Positions 1-9,434 of a stretch of 64,000 nucleotides of DNA are shown one piece after another (the stretch's first letter is position 1; every line of letters starts with the position of its first letter). This DNA comes from an uncultured Candidatus Rokubacteria bacterium (GTDB taxonomy: Bacteria; Methylomirabilota; Methylomirabilia; Rokubacteriales; DASRDR01), in the NCBI GenBank assembly GCA_963826115.1, contig CAWGVS010000005.1, positions 1,888,001 to 1,952,000 of the forward strand. Reading direction: 5' to 3'. Below the pieces are notes generated by a model. That model had not been told where the DNA came from, searched no databases, and worked only from the letters and a program-made list of their open reading frames with translations. The position numbers and the translations under genes were made by a program.

Positions 1-585
1 GCCGCTGGGGTCGCAGTTCGTGTCCACGATCGCGATGATGGGGATCTGGAGCTTCTGCGCCTCGGCCACCGCGATCCGCTCCTTGCGCGGATCGATGATG
101 TAGACCGCCGAGGGCAGGCCGTCCATCTGCTTGATCCCGAAGAGAGACTTCTCGAGTTTCCCGCGCTCCCGCTCGAGACCCGCCGCCTCCTTCTTGGTGA
201 CGCGGTCGAACTCGCCGGTGTCCCGCATGTCCTCGAGGCGCTTCAGGTGATTGATCGACTTCCGGATGGTGGTGAAGTTCGTGAGCGTGCCGCCGAGCCA
301 GCGCTGGTTCACGTAGAACATCCCGCAGCGCGCTGCCTCGTCGGCGATCGTCTCCTGCGCCTGCTTCTTGGTGCCGACGAACAGGAGCGTGCCGCCGTTG
401 GCCGCCAGGTCGCGCGCGAACACCTGCGCGTCGCGGAACTTCTTGAGCGTCTTCTGGAGGTCGATGATGTAGATGCCGTTGCGCTCACCGAAGATGTACT
501 TCGCCATCTTCGGGTTCCAGCGCTTGGTCTGATGGCCGAAGTGGACCCCGGCCTCGAGGAGCTCCTTCATGGTGATCTGAGCCAT
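1..585 (-). CDS. rpsB: 30S ribosomal protein S2 (3' part outside window)
   Basis: Manual translation from ATG at 585: [27 protein letters not shown]...WLGGTLTNF...IVDTNCDP, the S2 signature motifs. Not in the ORF track because it is truncated. Confidence 0.98.
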   Translation of the reverse strand, partial: MAQITMKELLEAGVHFGHQTKRWNPKMAKYIFGERNGIYIIDLQKTLKKFRDAQVFARDLAANGGTLLFVGTKKQAQETIADEAARCGMFYVNQRWLGGTLTNFTTIRKSINHLKRLEDMRDTGEFDRVTKKEAAGLERERGKLEKSLFGIKQMDGLPSAVYIIDPRKERIAVAEAQKLQIPIIAIVDTNCDPSG

Positions 586-596
586 CGCGGGTGGTT

Positions 597-678
597 CCTC
601 CCGGTCGGTTCGCCTCCGCGCTCCCGGCGGTCCCCGGCGTCGCCGCGGCCCACCACCGACCCTGGAGCGCGTGTGTGG
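597..678 (-). ncRNA. Putative ribosomal protein S2 (rpsB) leader, autoregulatory 5' UTR
   Basis: Minus strand reads CACACACGCGCTCC...GGGAGCGCGGAGGCGAACC, a closing stem (CGCGCTCC/GGAGCGCG) flanked by ACACAC and GGAGGC..AACC as in known rpsB leaders, directly upstream of rpsB. Confidence 0.7.
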
Positions 679-681
679 TAG

Positions 682-1899
682 TTAGCTGGTACCCGTGTTT
701 ATCTTAACGTAGTCGGTGGTGAAGTCGCAGGTCCAGATGTGGTCCTGCGCGGCCCCGAGACCGAGGTCGACCGTGACGGCCACCTCGGGCTTCGCGAGCT
801 CCGCCTTGACCCGGTCCCAGCGAACGCCGTCCCGGATCCGCCCCCCCGCCGCTACCTGCTCGTCGCCGTACCAGATCGCGATTCGGTCCTCCTGCACGGT
901 GACGCCCGCGGCGCCGAGCGCCGACATCACCCGGCCCCAGTTGGGGTCGCGGCCCGCCATCGCGGTCTTGAACAGGTTCGAGTTCGCGATGGAGCGGGCG
1001 ACCGCCTCGGCGTCGCCCCGCGTCTTGGCGCCGCGCACGCGCACGTCGATCAGGAGGCTCGCGCCCTCACCGTCCTTGACCAGCATCACGGCCAGGCGCT
1101 GGGTCAACGCGTCGAGAGCCTGCTGGAACGGGCGCAGGCGACGGTCACCGCGGGCCAGCGACCGGTTCTCCGCCAGCCCGTTGGCCAGGAGCACGACGGT
1201 GTCGCTCGTGCTCCGGTCGCCGTCGACGCTGATGCGGTTGAACGATCCTCCCACCGCGCGCCGGATGGCCCCTTGCAGCGCCTCGCGCTCCACCGCCAGG
1301 TCGGTAGCGACGAAGCAGAACATCGTCGCCATCATCGGATGGATCATGCCCGTGCCCTTGGCGATGCCCCCGATCGTCACCCTCCGGCCGCCGATCTCCA
1401 CCCGGAGCGCGGCCTCCTTCGGATGGGTATCGGTGGTCATGATCCCTTCGGCCGCCGCGCGGCTCCCCTGCGGGGACAGCGCCTTGACCAGCTTCGGCAG
1501 GGCCGGCCGGATCTTGTCCATCGGCAAGGGGCGCCCGATGACACCGGTGGAGGCCACCAGCACCCGCTCGTCCGGGATTCGCAGGTGCTTGGCGACGATC
1601 TCGGTCATCTCGCGGGCGTCGCGGATCCCCTGCTCGCCGGTGGCGACGTTCGAGCAGCCGCTGGACGCGACGATCGCCTGGGCCACCCCGCTCCGGATCC
1701 GCTCGCGGGTGACCTTCACCGGCGCCCCCACGATGCGGTTGGACGTGAAGACCCCCGCGGCGACCGCCGGGTTCGAGGAGTAGATGAGCGCGAGGTCCTT
1801 CGCGGGCGCCGCCTTGATGCCGGCGTGGAGCCCCGCCGCCAGGATGCCCGGAACCGCGGTGATCCCGCCGTCGGTCCACTCGTGGTCGGCGCCCGTCAT
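682..1899 (-). CDS. argJ: Ornithine acetyltransferase ArgJ family protein
   Basis: GIK..DLAL, VASTGVIG, IMTTDT, KGTGMIHP.MATM, KDGEGA, DPNWGR motifs. Confidence 0.93.
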   Translation of the reverse strand: MTGADHEWTDGGITAVPGILAAGLHAGIKAAPAKDLALIYSSNPAVAAGVFTSNRIVGAPVKVTRERIRSGVAQAIVASSGCSNVATGEQGIRDAREMTEIVAKHLRIPDERVLVASTGVIGRPLPMDKIRPALPKLVKALSPQGSRAAAEGIMTTDTHPKEAALRVEIGGRRVTIGGIAKGTGMIHPMMATMFCFVATDLAVEREALQGAIRRAVGGSFNRISVDGDRSTSDTVVLLANGLAENRSLARGDRRLRPFQQALDALTQRLAVMLVKDGEGASLLIDVRVRGAKTRGDAEAVARSIANSNLFKTAMAGRDPNWGRVMSALGAAGVTVQEDRIAIWYGDEQVAAGGRIRDGVRWDRVKAELAKPEVAVTVDLGLGAAQDHIWTCDFTTDYVKINTGTS

Positions 1900-1911
1900 C
1901 GTGTCCTCTCC

Positions 1912-1947
1912 AAAAAAATACCGGGAAGGTCGCCAGGACCTTCCCGG
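1912..1947 (-). terminator. Rho-independent terminator after rpsI
   Basis: Perfect 11-bp stem CCGGGAAGGTC/GACCTTCCCGG with a 5-nt loop, followed on the minus strand by TATTTTTTT. Confidence 0.8.
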
Positions 1948-1969
1948 GAATGTCTCCGAGGGATCCGGA

Positions 1970-2365
1970 CTACCGCTTGGAGAACTGGAAGCGCTTGCGC
2001 GCGCCCGGCTGTCCGTACTTCTTCCGCTCCTTCATCCGCGGGTCGCGGGTGAGCATCCCCGCGCGCTTCAGCTGGGGCCTGAGCTCGGTGTTGAACTCGA
2101 GCAGCGCTCTCGCGATGCCATGCCGCACCGCCCCCGCCTGCCCCGACAGCCCGCCGCCCCGGACGTTCACCTTGGCGTCGAGCTGCGACGTCGTCCCGGT
2201 GAGCTCGAGGGGCTGGGTCACGATCAGCCGCAGCGTCTCGCGGGGAAAGTAGTCCTCGAACGGCCGCCGGTTGACGAGGATTCGCCCCTGGCCCGGCCGG
2301 AGGAACACGCGCGCGACGGAGGTCTTCCGCCGTCCCGTTCCGTAGAACTGCACCACCTCCGCCAT
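1970..2365 (-). CDS. rpsI: 30S ribosomal protein S9
   Basis: [20 protein letters not shown]...[19 protein letters not shown]...RKRFQFSKR. Start overlaps the rplM stop (TGATG). Confidence 0.98.
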   Translation of the reverse strand: MAEVVQFYGTGRRKTSVARVFLRPGQGRILVNRRPFEDYFPRETLRLIVTQPLELTGTTSQLDAKVNVRGGGLSGQAGAVRHGIARALLEFNTELRPQLKRAGMLTRDPRMKERKKYGQPGARKRFQFSKR

Positions 2366-2808
2366 CACGACTCCTTCTTGCGTGCGGGCAGCGCCTGCGG
2401 CTGCTGCGCCTGATGCGGGTGCTCGGCACCGCGGTACACCTTGAGCTTCTTCACCATGGCGCGTCCGAGCTTGGTCTTCGGCAGCATGCCGGACACCGCC
2501 CACTCGACGACACGCTCCGGGTGCGTGCGGAGCATGGTGTCGGCGCGCGTCTCGGTGAGCCCGCCGATGTAGCCGGAATGGGTCCGGTAGAGCTTCCCGG
2601 AGAGCTTCCGGCCCGAGAGGGCGACCTTGGCCGCGTTGATGACCACGACGTGGTCGCCGGTGTCCACGTGCGGCGCCCAGATCGCCTTGTGCTTCCCCAT
2701 GAGGAGGGTGGCCACGCGAGCGGCCAGCCGGCCGAGGATCTGCCCCTCGGCGTCAATCAGGTGCCAACTCCGCGCCACCGCGTCCTTCTTCGGCATGACC
2801 GTCGGCAT
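2365..2808 (-). CDS. rplM: 50S ribosomal protein L13
   Basis: [47 protein letters not shown]. Start set at ATG 2808. Confidence 0.98.
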   Translation of the reverse strand: MPTVMPKKDAVARSWHLIDAEGQILGRLAARVATLLMGKHKAIWAPHVDTGDHVVVINAAKVALSGRKLSGKLYRTHSGYIGGLTETRADTMLRTHPERVVEWAVSGMLPKTKLGRAMVKKLKVYRGAEHPHQAQQPQALPARKKES

Positions 2809-2896
2809 ACGACGTCCGTCTCCACGAGCTCGAGAGAGGTAAATGAGCGAACGGCCACTCCGGGGCGGACCGCTCGGGCACAATCCGCAAGCCGTA

Positions 2897-2925
2897 ACCT
2901 TATCGGAGGCGCCTCAGGGTGTCAA
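2897..2925 (-). promoter_or_regulatory. Sigma70-type promoter of rplM-rpsI
   Basis: TTGACA (2925-2920), 17-bp spacer, TAAGGT (2902-2897) on the minus strand. Confidence 0.7.
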
Positions 2926-2984
2926 CCCCTGATACACCCTGGAGCCCGGTCCGACGCGTCGGGATGCCGACCCGGGCTGCGGGA

Positions 2985-3686
2985 TCAGGCGCGGCGGCGT
3001 CCGCGGGCGGGCGCGCCGGTGCGCACCGCGCCCCGGCCGCCAGTTTTCCCGGGCCAGGGACAGAGCGCGCGGACCGGGCACGCCGGACACTCCGGAGTCC
3101 GGGCGTGACACACCTGCCGGCCGTGCGCCTGGATGAGGTGGCAGAAGCGGGTCCACTTGGGGCGCGGCACCACCTCGGCGAGCTGGGCCTCGATCTCGTC
3201 GGGATCGTCGGCCTTCGCGAGTCCGAGCCGCTGCGTCACGCGGAACACGTGCGTGTCCACCGCGATGCCCGGCACGCCGAACGCGTTGCCGAGCACGACG
3301 TTCGCCGTCTTGCGGCCGACGCCGGGCAGCGCGACGAGCGCCTCGAGCGTCCGCGGCACCTCGCCGCCGTGCCGCTCGACGAGCGCCCGCGCCATCCCGA
3401 GGACCGACCGCGTCTTGGCCCGGAAGAAGCCCGTCGAGCGGATCTCGCCCTCGAAGATCGCCGCGTCGGCGCGCGCGTAGTCCTCCGCGCGCCGGTACTT
3501 CTGGAAGAGCGACTGGGTGACCTGGTTCACGCGCTCGTCCGTGCACTGGGCGGCCAGAATCGTCGCGACCAAGAGCTCGAGCGGCGTCGTGAAGCGGAGC
3601 GCGCACGCGGCGTCCGGGTAGGCGCGCTCGAGGTGCCGGATGAGGGACCGCGTCCGGGCGCGGCGGGCGTCGACCGACTCCCTCAA
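2985..3686 (-). CDS. nth: Endonuclease III
   Basis: LLVATILAAQCTD, HhH motif LPGVGRKTANVVL, VDTHV, FeS motif C-x6-C-x2-C-x5-C. Confidence 0.95.
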   Translation of the reverse strand: MRESVDARRARTRSLIRHLERAYPDAACALRFTTPLELLVATILAAQCTDERVNQVTQSLFQKYRRAEDYARADAAIFEGEIRSTGFFRAKTRSVLGMARALVERHGGEVPRTLEALVALPGVGRKTANVVLGNAFGVPGIAVDTHVFRVTQRLGLAKADDPDEIEAQLAEVVPRPKWTRFCHLIQAHGRQVCHARTPECPACPVRALCPWPGKTGGRGAVRTGAPARGRRRA

Positions 3687-3702
3687 TCCGATCCCTCGGT
3701 CC

Positions 3703-4446
3703 TCAGGGCGTCCGCAGCACCTGGTAGAAGTGGACGCCGACGACGGTCGCGTAGCTGACGGCGGCGGCCGAGAGAACGAACCACGCCAGCCCGCCGAGAA
3801 CCGGAATCATCCCGAGGACCGAGCTCGCGATCGCGAGCCCCACCAGGACGAGCAGCAGCCCCACCACCAGGCCCACGACCGATCCGACATGCGCGCGAAC
3901 GACCGCGACACTCCGGCGCATCCCATCGATCGCGCCCAGCCCGTCGAGCAGCACGGCGGGCAGCGTGAACATGAGGCATACGCCGGCCACCAGCCCTGGA
4001 ATCAGGAGAAGGAGGAATCCGATCCAGACGACGAGCCCCACCAGGCTGGACGCCGCAACGACCGCGCCGAGCCGGCCGAGGACGGTGTTGAGCGCGTCTC
4101 CCAGGGTCGGCTCGCGGCCGGCGAGCGCGTCGCGCGCCATCACGACGACCATCCCGGAGCTCAGGAGCCACAGCACGCCCATCACCAGGGCGAGGACCAG
4201 GACTCCGAGGATGATGCCGACGATGCCCCCGAGGGCCGCGCCCGGACCGCCGCCCACCGCGCCCCCCATCAAGCCGCCCAGCAGCACCGCCGCGCCGCCG
4301 ATGAAGAAGACCAGCGCGAGCGGGATGACGCCGACGGCGAGCGGAGGCACGATCAGGACCGGAAAGCGGGCCACCGCCTGGTAGGCCAGTCGGAAGTGCC
4401 CGACGACGTCGCCGTCCGCCACGTTGCCCATCGGTTTCTCGCTCAC
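3703..4446 (-). CDS. Integral membrane protein of unknown function
   Basis: Several hydrophobic helices and GC-typical codon usage, co-oriented with neighbours. Confidence 0.75.
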   Translation of the reverse strand: MSEKPMGNVADGDVVGHFRLAYQAVARFPVLIVPPLAVGVIPLALVFFIGGAAVLLGGLMGGAVGGGPGAALGGIVGIILGVLVLALVMGVLWLLSSGMVVVMARDALAGREPTLGDALNTVLGRLGAVVAASSLVGLVVWIGFLLLLIPGLVAGVCLMFTLPAVLLDGLGAIDGMRRSVAVVRAHVGSVVGLVVGLLLVLVGLAIASSVLGMIPVLGGLAWFVLSAAAVSYATVVGVHFYQVLRTP

Positions 4447-4489
4447 CCGGGCGAGGCGGGACCGAGCCTAGGGCGACGCATGCCGCGCG

Positions 4490-5155
4490 TCAACCGGCCC
4501 TCGTGGCCGCCCGGTCGACCGGCGCCGCGGTGGCGGATCGTCGGGCGAGGGCGCACCACAGGACCCAGAGGAGGAACGCGGGAGCGCCTACCGCCGCCGC
4601 CGCGAGGAACGGCGGCAGGAGGCCCAGCCACGCGACGGGCCCGACCATGTAGAGGAGATCCTCCGGCTCGAAGCCCAGCCAGTTCCCCTGGGCGACCATC
4701 GCCTTGCCCGACGTCTCCTCCAGGAAGACGCGGATCACGAAGACAACCGCGATCGAGCCGGCCGCGAGCGCGCCCGCCACCGGCGCCCAGCCGTCGAGCC
4801 ACGAGGCGCGGAGGCCGACGCCGAGGCCCGCGAAGAGGCTCACGTAGCCCAGGCCCGCCGCCACGTGATCGTAGTAGTGGCCGAAGCGGCTCGTCAGGCC
4901 GGTCAGGCGGGCGAACTCGCCGTCCATGTGGTCGACGAGGACGCCCAGCATGAAGAGCCCCCCGCCCAGCGCCGCGCGCCCGGGATCGCCGGAGGCCATG
5001 AGCCAGGCCGCGGTGAGGGACGAGAGGAGGCCGAGCGTGGTGAGGCCGTTCGGGGTGAGCGGAGTGTGCCGGAGCGGGCGGACGAGGAGCCGCGCGAGCC
5101 GGACGTCCCAGGGGGGCGGCGGCCCCGCCTTCGGCCGAGGCTCAGCGGACGGCAT
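4490..5155 (-). CDS. CDP-alcohol phosphatidyltransferase family protein
   Basis: TPNGLT and D-x2-DG-x2-AR-x6-FG-x3-D motif (DHMDGEFARLTGLTSRFGHYYD). Confidence 0.9.
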   Translation of the reverse strand: MPSAEPRPKAGPPPPWDVRLARLLVRPLRHTPLTPNGLTTLGLLSSLTAAWLMASGDPGRAALGGGLFMLGVLVDHMDGEFARLTGLTSRFGHYYDHVAAGLGYVSLFAGLGVGLRASWLDGWAPVAGALAAGSIAVVFVIRVFLEETSGKAMVAQGNWLGFEPEDLLYMVGPVAWLGLLPPFLAAAAVGAPAFLLWVLWCALARRSATAAPVDRAATRAG

Positions 5156-6323
5156 CGCGGTCTCGCAGGAACTCGCCCAGGCGGACGAGCGCCTCGCGGA
5201 TTCGGGGCAGGCCGTTCGCGTACGAGAAGCGCAGGTACCCCTCGCCGCCCGCCCCGAAGTCGATGCCCGGCGTCACCGCCACGCGCGCGCCGGCGAGGAT
5301 CTCGAAGGCGAGGTCGTACGACCGCTCGCCGAAGCGCCGGGCGTCGGCGAAGACGTAGAAGGCGCCGTTGGGCTCGGCGACGATTCCGAGCCCGATCGCG
5401 CGGAGACCATCGATCATGACGCGGCGGCGCTCGTCGAAGATCGCCCGGAACCGGCGCACGTCGTCGGCCGCCTCGCGCAGCGCCGCCACGCCCGCCCACT
5501 GCACGAACTCGTTCGACGAGATGAAGAAGTTCTGGTGGAGTCGCTGGAGGGCGCGCACGTACGACTTGGGCGCGATCAGGTAGCCCAGGCGCCAGCCGGT
5601 CATCGCGTACGCCTTGGAGAAGCCGTTGAACACGAAGGCGCGGTCCGTGAACTCCAGCACCGTGTGATCGGGCTCGCCGTAGCTCAGGCCGTGGTAGATC
5701 TCGTCCGAGACGATCCAGCACCCGTGCCGCTCCGCGAGATCCGCAAGGGCCGCCAGCCGGTCCCTGGGGGTCACCACGCCGGTCGGGTTTGCCGGCGAGT
5801 TCACCATCACCGCCCTGGTGCGAGGCGACAGGCGCTCACGCACCCCGTCGGCTCCCAGGCTCCAGCCCTCGGCCTCGGGGGTCGGCACGTACACGGGCGT
5901 CGCGTCCGCGTAGCGCACGAAGTTCGGGTAGCAGGCGTAGTGCGGGTCGGACAGGATCACCTCGTCGCCCGCGGACAGGAGCCCGGTGAACAGGAGCAGC
6001 ATGCCCGGCGAGGTGCCCGCGGTGACCAGTACCTGGTCCGGCGACACCGCGACCCGGTACGTCCGCTGGTAGTGCTCGGCGATGGCCTCCCGCAGCGGCA
6101 GGATGCCGAGGCTGTGGGCGTACTTCGTGCGGCCGTCCCGGATGGCGCGGACCGCGGCCTCGCGGACCACCTCCGGCGTCTCGAAATCGGGCTCGCCGAA
6201 CTCGAGGTGGATCACCTCGTGCCCCTGGCGCTCGAGCTCCTGGGCACGCTCGAAGACCTCGACCGCCAGGAACGGCGTGATCTCCTCGGTGCGCTTCGCC
6301 AGCTCCGCGAACGCGTGGGACAT
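5142..6323 (-). CDS. PLP-dependent aminotransferase class I/II
   Basis: GEPDF, NSPANPTG, SDEIY, GFSKAYAMTGWRLGY. Start reset to ATG 6323 (MSHAFAEL). Confidence 0.93.
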   Translation of the reverse strand: MSHAFAELAKRTEEITPFLAVEVFERAQELERQGHEVIHLEFGEPDFETPEVVREAAVRAIRDGRTKYAHSLGILPLREAIAEHYQRTYRVAVSPDQVLVTAGTSPGMLLLFTGLLSAGDEVILSDPHYACYPNFVRYADATPVYVPTPEAEGWSLGADGVRERLSPRTRAVMVNSPANPTGVVTPRDRLAALADLAERHGCWIVSDEIYHGLSYGEPDHTVLEFTDRAFVFNGFSKAYAMTGWRLGYLIAPKSYVRALQRLHQNFFISSNEFVQWAGVAALREAADDVRRFRAIFDERRRVMIDGLRAIGLGIVAEPNGAFYVFADARRFGERSYDLAFEILAGARVAVTPGIDFGAGGEGYLRFSYANGLPRIREALVRLGEFLRDRDAVR

Positions 6324-6328
6324 CGGCC

Positions 6329-7753
6329 TCAGTGCGCCGCGCGGCGGCGCCGGCGCGCGAAGCCGGCGCGCTGGGCGGCCCGCACGACCTCGCGGGCGAC
6401 CGCCGGGGCCACCTTCCTGTTGAACACGCTGGGGATGACGTACTCCTCGTGCAGCTCCTTGCGGCCCACCACCGAGGCGATGGCGTGGGCGGCGGCGATC
6501 TTCATCTCGTCGGTGACCCGGCTGGCCCGGCAGTCGAGGAGCCCCCGGAAGAAGCCGGGGAAGCAGAGAACGTTGTTGATCTGGTTCGGATAGTCGGACC
6601 GACCGGTCGCCATGACGCGGACGTGGGACTCGACCTCCTCGGGCATGATCTCGGGCACCGGGTTGGCCATCGCGAAGACGATCGGGTCCCGAGCCATCGC
6701 CTTGACGTCCTGCGGCCGCAGCACGCCGGGGACCGAAAGGCCGATGAACACGTCGCTGCCCTGGACGGCGTCGCTCAGGCTGCCCTGGCGGCCCGCCGGG
6801 TTGGTCTCCTGCGCCACGCGGGTCTTCATCGCGTCGAGCGGTCCCGGGCGCCCGATGGCCAGGATGCCGTGCTCGTCGACCCCGAGGATCCGCCGCACGC
6901 CCACCGACCGGAGGATCCGGATCGTGGCCGTGCCCGCCGCCCCGACCCCGCACACCACCACGGAGATATCGGCCAGCTCCTTGCGCACGATCCGGAGCGC
7001 GTTGAGGAGCGCCGCCAGGACGACGACCGCCGTCCCGTGCTGATCGTCGTGGAAGACCGGCACGTCCAGCTCCTGCCGCAGCCGCTCCTCGATCTCGAAG
7101 CACCGGGGCGCCGAGATGTCCTCGAGGTTGATCCCGCCGTACACCGGGGCGATGTGCTTCACCGTCCGCACGATCTCGTCCACGTCCTTCGTCGCCAGGC
7201 ACACCGGGAAGGCGTCGACGTCGGCGAGCTCCTTGAACAGGAGCGACTTGCCCTCCATGACCGGCAGCGCCGCCTGGGGGCCGATGTCGCCAAGACCCAG
7301 CACGGCCGTCCCGTCGGTCACGATCGCCACGGTGTTCTGCTTGATGGTGAGCGCGTAGGCGCGCTCCGGATCCTCCCGGATGGCGAGGCAGACGCGGGCC
7401 ACGCCCGGCGTATAGGCCATCGACAGGTCGTCGCGCGTCTTGAGCGGCACCTTGCTGCGGATCGCGATCTTGCCGCCCAGGTGCATGAGGAACGTCCGGT
7501 CGGACACGCTGACGATCCGGATGCCGTCGACGCTGCGGATGGCGGCGACGATGGCCTGACCGTGCTGCTCGTCGCGCGCGTTGATCGTGAAGTCGCGGAC
7601 GATCAGGTCCTTGACGAGCTCGACCAGGTCGACGGCGCGGATGTCGCCGCCTGCCTCGCCGATCGCCGACGTCAGGCGGCCGAGCATGCCCGGCCGGTTC
7701 TTGATCGCCGCCCGGATGGTGAGGCTGTACGAGGCGCTCGGGGTGAGGGCCAC
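6329..7753 (-). CDS. NAD(P)-dependent malic enzyme with N-terminal ACT domain
   Basis: ACT motif NRPGMLGRL, AYTPGVA, TDGTAVLGLGDIG, NLEDI, FHDDQHGTA, GRSDYPNQINN. Confidence 0.93.
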   Translation of the reverse strand: MALTPSASYSLTIRAAIKNRPGMLGRLTSAIGEAGGDIRAVDLVELVKDLIVRDFTINARDEQHGQAIVAAIRSVDGIRIVSVSDRTFLMHLGGKIAIRSKVPLKTRDDLSMAYTPGVARVCLAIREDPERAYALTIKQNTVAIVTDGTAVLGLGDIGPQAALPVMEGKSLLFKELADVDAFPVCLATKDVDEIVRTVKHIAPVYGGINLEDISAPRCFEIEERLRQELDVPVFHDDQHGTAVVVLAALLNALRIVRKELADISVVVCGVGAAGTATIRILRSVGVRRILGVDEHGILAIGRPGPLDAMKTRVAQETNPAGRQGSLSDAVQGSDVFIGLSVPGVLRPQDVKAMARDPIVFAMANPVPEIMPEEVESHVRVMATGRSDYPNQINNVLCFPGFFRGLLDCRASRVTDEMKIAAAHAIASVVGRKELHEEYVIPSVFNRKVAPAVAREVVRAAQRAGFARRRRRAAH

Positions 7754-7757
7754 GGCG

Positions 7758-8294
7758 TCAGGCCGGCCGCATCAGCGCGCGGCCGACCACCGGCGGCAGC
7801 TCGGGATACCGCGCCCGCAGCTCGGGAACGAGGCGGTCGAACTCGTCCTGGACCGTGACCCTGAGCTTGCGGGCGAAGACGACGCGCTCGAGCTGGAGCG
7901 TGCCCACGTAGACCGCCGTCTGGCCGACCGAGAATTCCGCCCCGACCTGGAACCACGGCTCCTCGGGAAACGACGGTCCGCTCTCGTTGATGCGCAGGCG
8001 CTGGACCAGGTACCGGCCCGGAGGCAGCGTGATCAGGAACGGGCTCCGGGCGAGGTCGATCGGCAGCTCGTGCCGGAAGGCGCCGTCCTCCCGCGCGATG
8101 TCCAGCACCACGTGCGGCGGCGCGCCGAAGCCCATCACCACGACCTCACCCATGACCGCCTGGTGTCCCGGCGGCACGTCGAGCGGCTCCCGCCGGAAGA
8201 CGGAGCACCCCGCCGCCAGCAGCATGCCCGCGGCCAGGACCGCGAGAGGTCCCCGCCACGCCCACCCGGCCAGCCTCCCCGGCAGTCGCGTCAC
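7758..8294 (-). CDS. Putative lipoprotein
   Basis: GTG start overlapping the upstream stop, hydrophobic signal with lipobox LAAGC, and LPPGRY/YVGTL beta-rich domain. Confidence 0.7.
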   Translation of the reverse strand: MTRLPGRLAGWAWRGPLAVLAAGMLLAAGCSVFRREPLDVPPGHQAVMGEVVVMGFGAPPHVVLDIAREDGAFRHELPIDLARSPFLITLPPGRYLVQRLRINESGPSFPEEPWFQVGAEFSVGQTAVYVGTLQLERVVFARKLRVTVQDEFDRLVPELRARYPELPPVVGRALMRPA

Positions 8295-9358
8295 GCGCTC
8301 GGCTTCTTCCAGATCCCCCGGTCGTGCAGCAGGCGGATCTGACGCCGGATCACCTTCTGGCGGTACTCGGCGTGCTTCATGGGCGCGCGCTTCAAGTAGA
8401 GATTCTTCGGGTAGATCGGCTTCTCGTAGAGCAAGCCGTAGAGCTCGGTCCGGACGTCTTTCAGCCAGTTGTCCCACTGCGCCGAAGCGCGATGGTGCCG
8501 GAGCGCCTCGATGTCGACCGGGCCGGCCACGTAGGTCGAGCCGGCCCCGTAGTCCTGCCGCCCGACGATGCGCCCCTTGTAGTCTATGATGAAGGAGCGG
8601 CCGCCGAACGTGTCGATGGGGGTGGTCTCCTCCGGAAACAGGTAGTAGGTCCCCATGTTCGGCGCGACCACGTACATGTTGTTGTCGAGGGCGCGGGCGC
8701 GGCTCTGGATCTCGAAGTACTCGTTGCCGGTCGCTGGGTGCGGGTAGGACGCGCGGTAGACGACCTCCGCGCCGTTGAGGGCGAGCGCGCGCGCATTCTC
8801 CGGGTACGAGCCCTCGTTGGCCATCATGATGCCGAGCCGCCCGATGTCGGTGTCGACCACCGGCCAGAACGCCTGCAGGTTCCGCCCGTACTTCTCGACC
8901 CACCAGTCGTAGACGTCATGCGGGCACATCGAGTGCTCGACGGGGAAGAGCGGAGAGACCTTGTAGTGCTGGAGGATGACCCGTCCCCGCGGGTTGAGGA
9001 TGAACCCGACGTTGAAGTACCGATCCTTCCAGTCGGGGTGACGCGCCTTGGCCTGGGCGATGATGAAGACGTTGTACTCGCGGGCGATCTTGCCGAGCTC
9101 CTCGGTCTCCTCCCCCGGGATGTCGATCGCGCACTCCCGCGCGAAGGTGGCGTGGTCGAGGTCCAGGACCTCGTCGTTGAACGCCTGCAGCGCCCCCTCG
9201 GGAAACGCGATCAGCCGGACGGGGATGGAGAGGCTGGAAAGCCACGCGGCCGCCTTGACCAGGTGGTGGAGGTGCTCGAGGTTGATCTTGATGTCGCGCC
9301 GCTTCCGGATGCCTCGCACCGTGGGAATGAGGCCGACCGCCATGTACGGCTTGATCAT
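8291..9358 (-). CDS. Nitrilase/carbon-nitrogen hydrolase superfamily protein with catalytic Cys replaced by Ala
   Basis: FPEG (Glu), HYK (Lys), GIMMANEGSYPENARALALNGAEV, RARALDN. Confidence 0.88.
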   Translation of the reverse strand: MIKPYMAVGLIPTVRGIRKRRDIKINLEHLHHLVKAAAWLSSLSIPVRLIAFPEGALQAFNDEVLDLDHATFARECAIDIPGEETEELGKIAREYNVFIIAQAKARHPDWKDRYFNVGFILNPRGRVILQHYKVSPLFPVEHSMCPHDVYDWWVEKYGRNLQAFWPVVDTDIGRLGIMMANEGSYPENARALALNGAEVVYRASYPHPATGNEYFEIQSRARALDNNMYVVAPNMGTYYLFPEETTPIDTFGGRSFIIDYKGRIVGRQDYGAGSTYVAGPVDIEALRHHRASAQWDNWLKDVRTELYGLLYEKPIYPKNLYLKRAPMKHAEYRQKVIRRQIRLLHDRGIWKKPSA

Positions 9359-9434
9359 CCGTCGTCCCTCCCGCGCAGGCGATATGGTTGAGGACCCGGC
9401 GTGCGGACCCTGGCGGGCACTGCGGCGGCGGCCC

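Noticed and set aside
8291-9358. Nitrilase-family gene as the missing lactam ring-opening enzyme, or as a selenoprotein
   Set aside because: It lies outside the catabolic blocks and lacks the nucleophile. The codon is GCC, not TGA, so nothing supports either idea.
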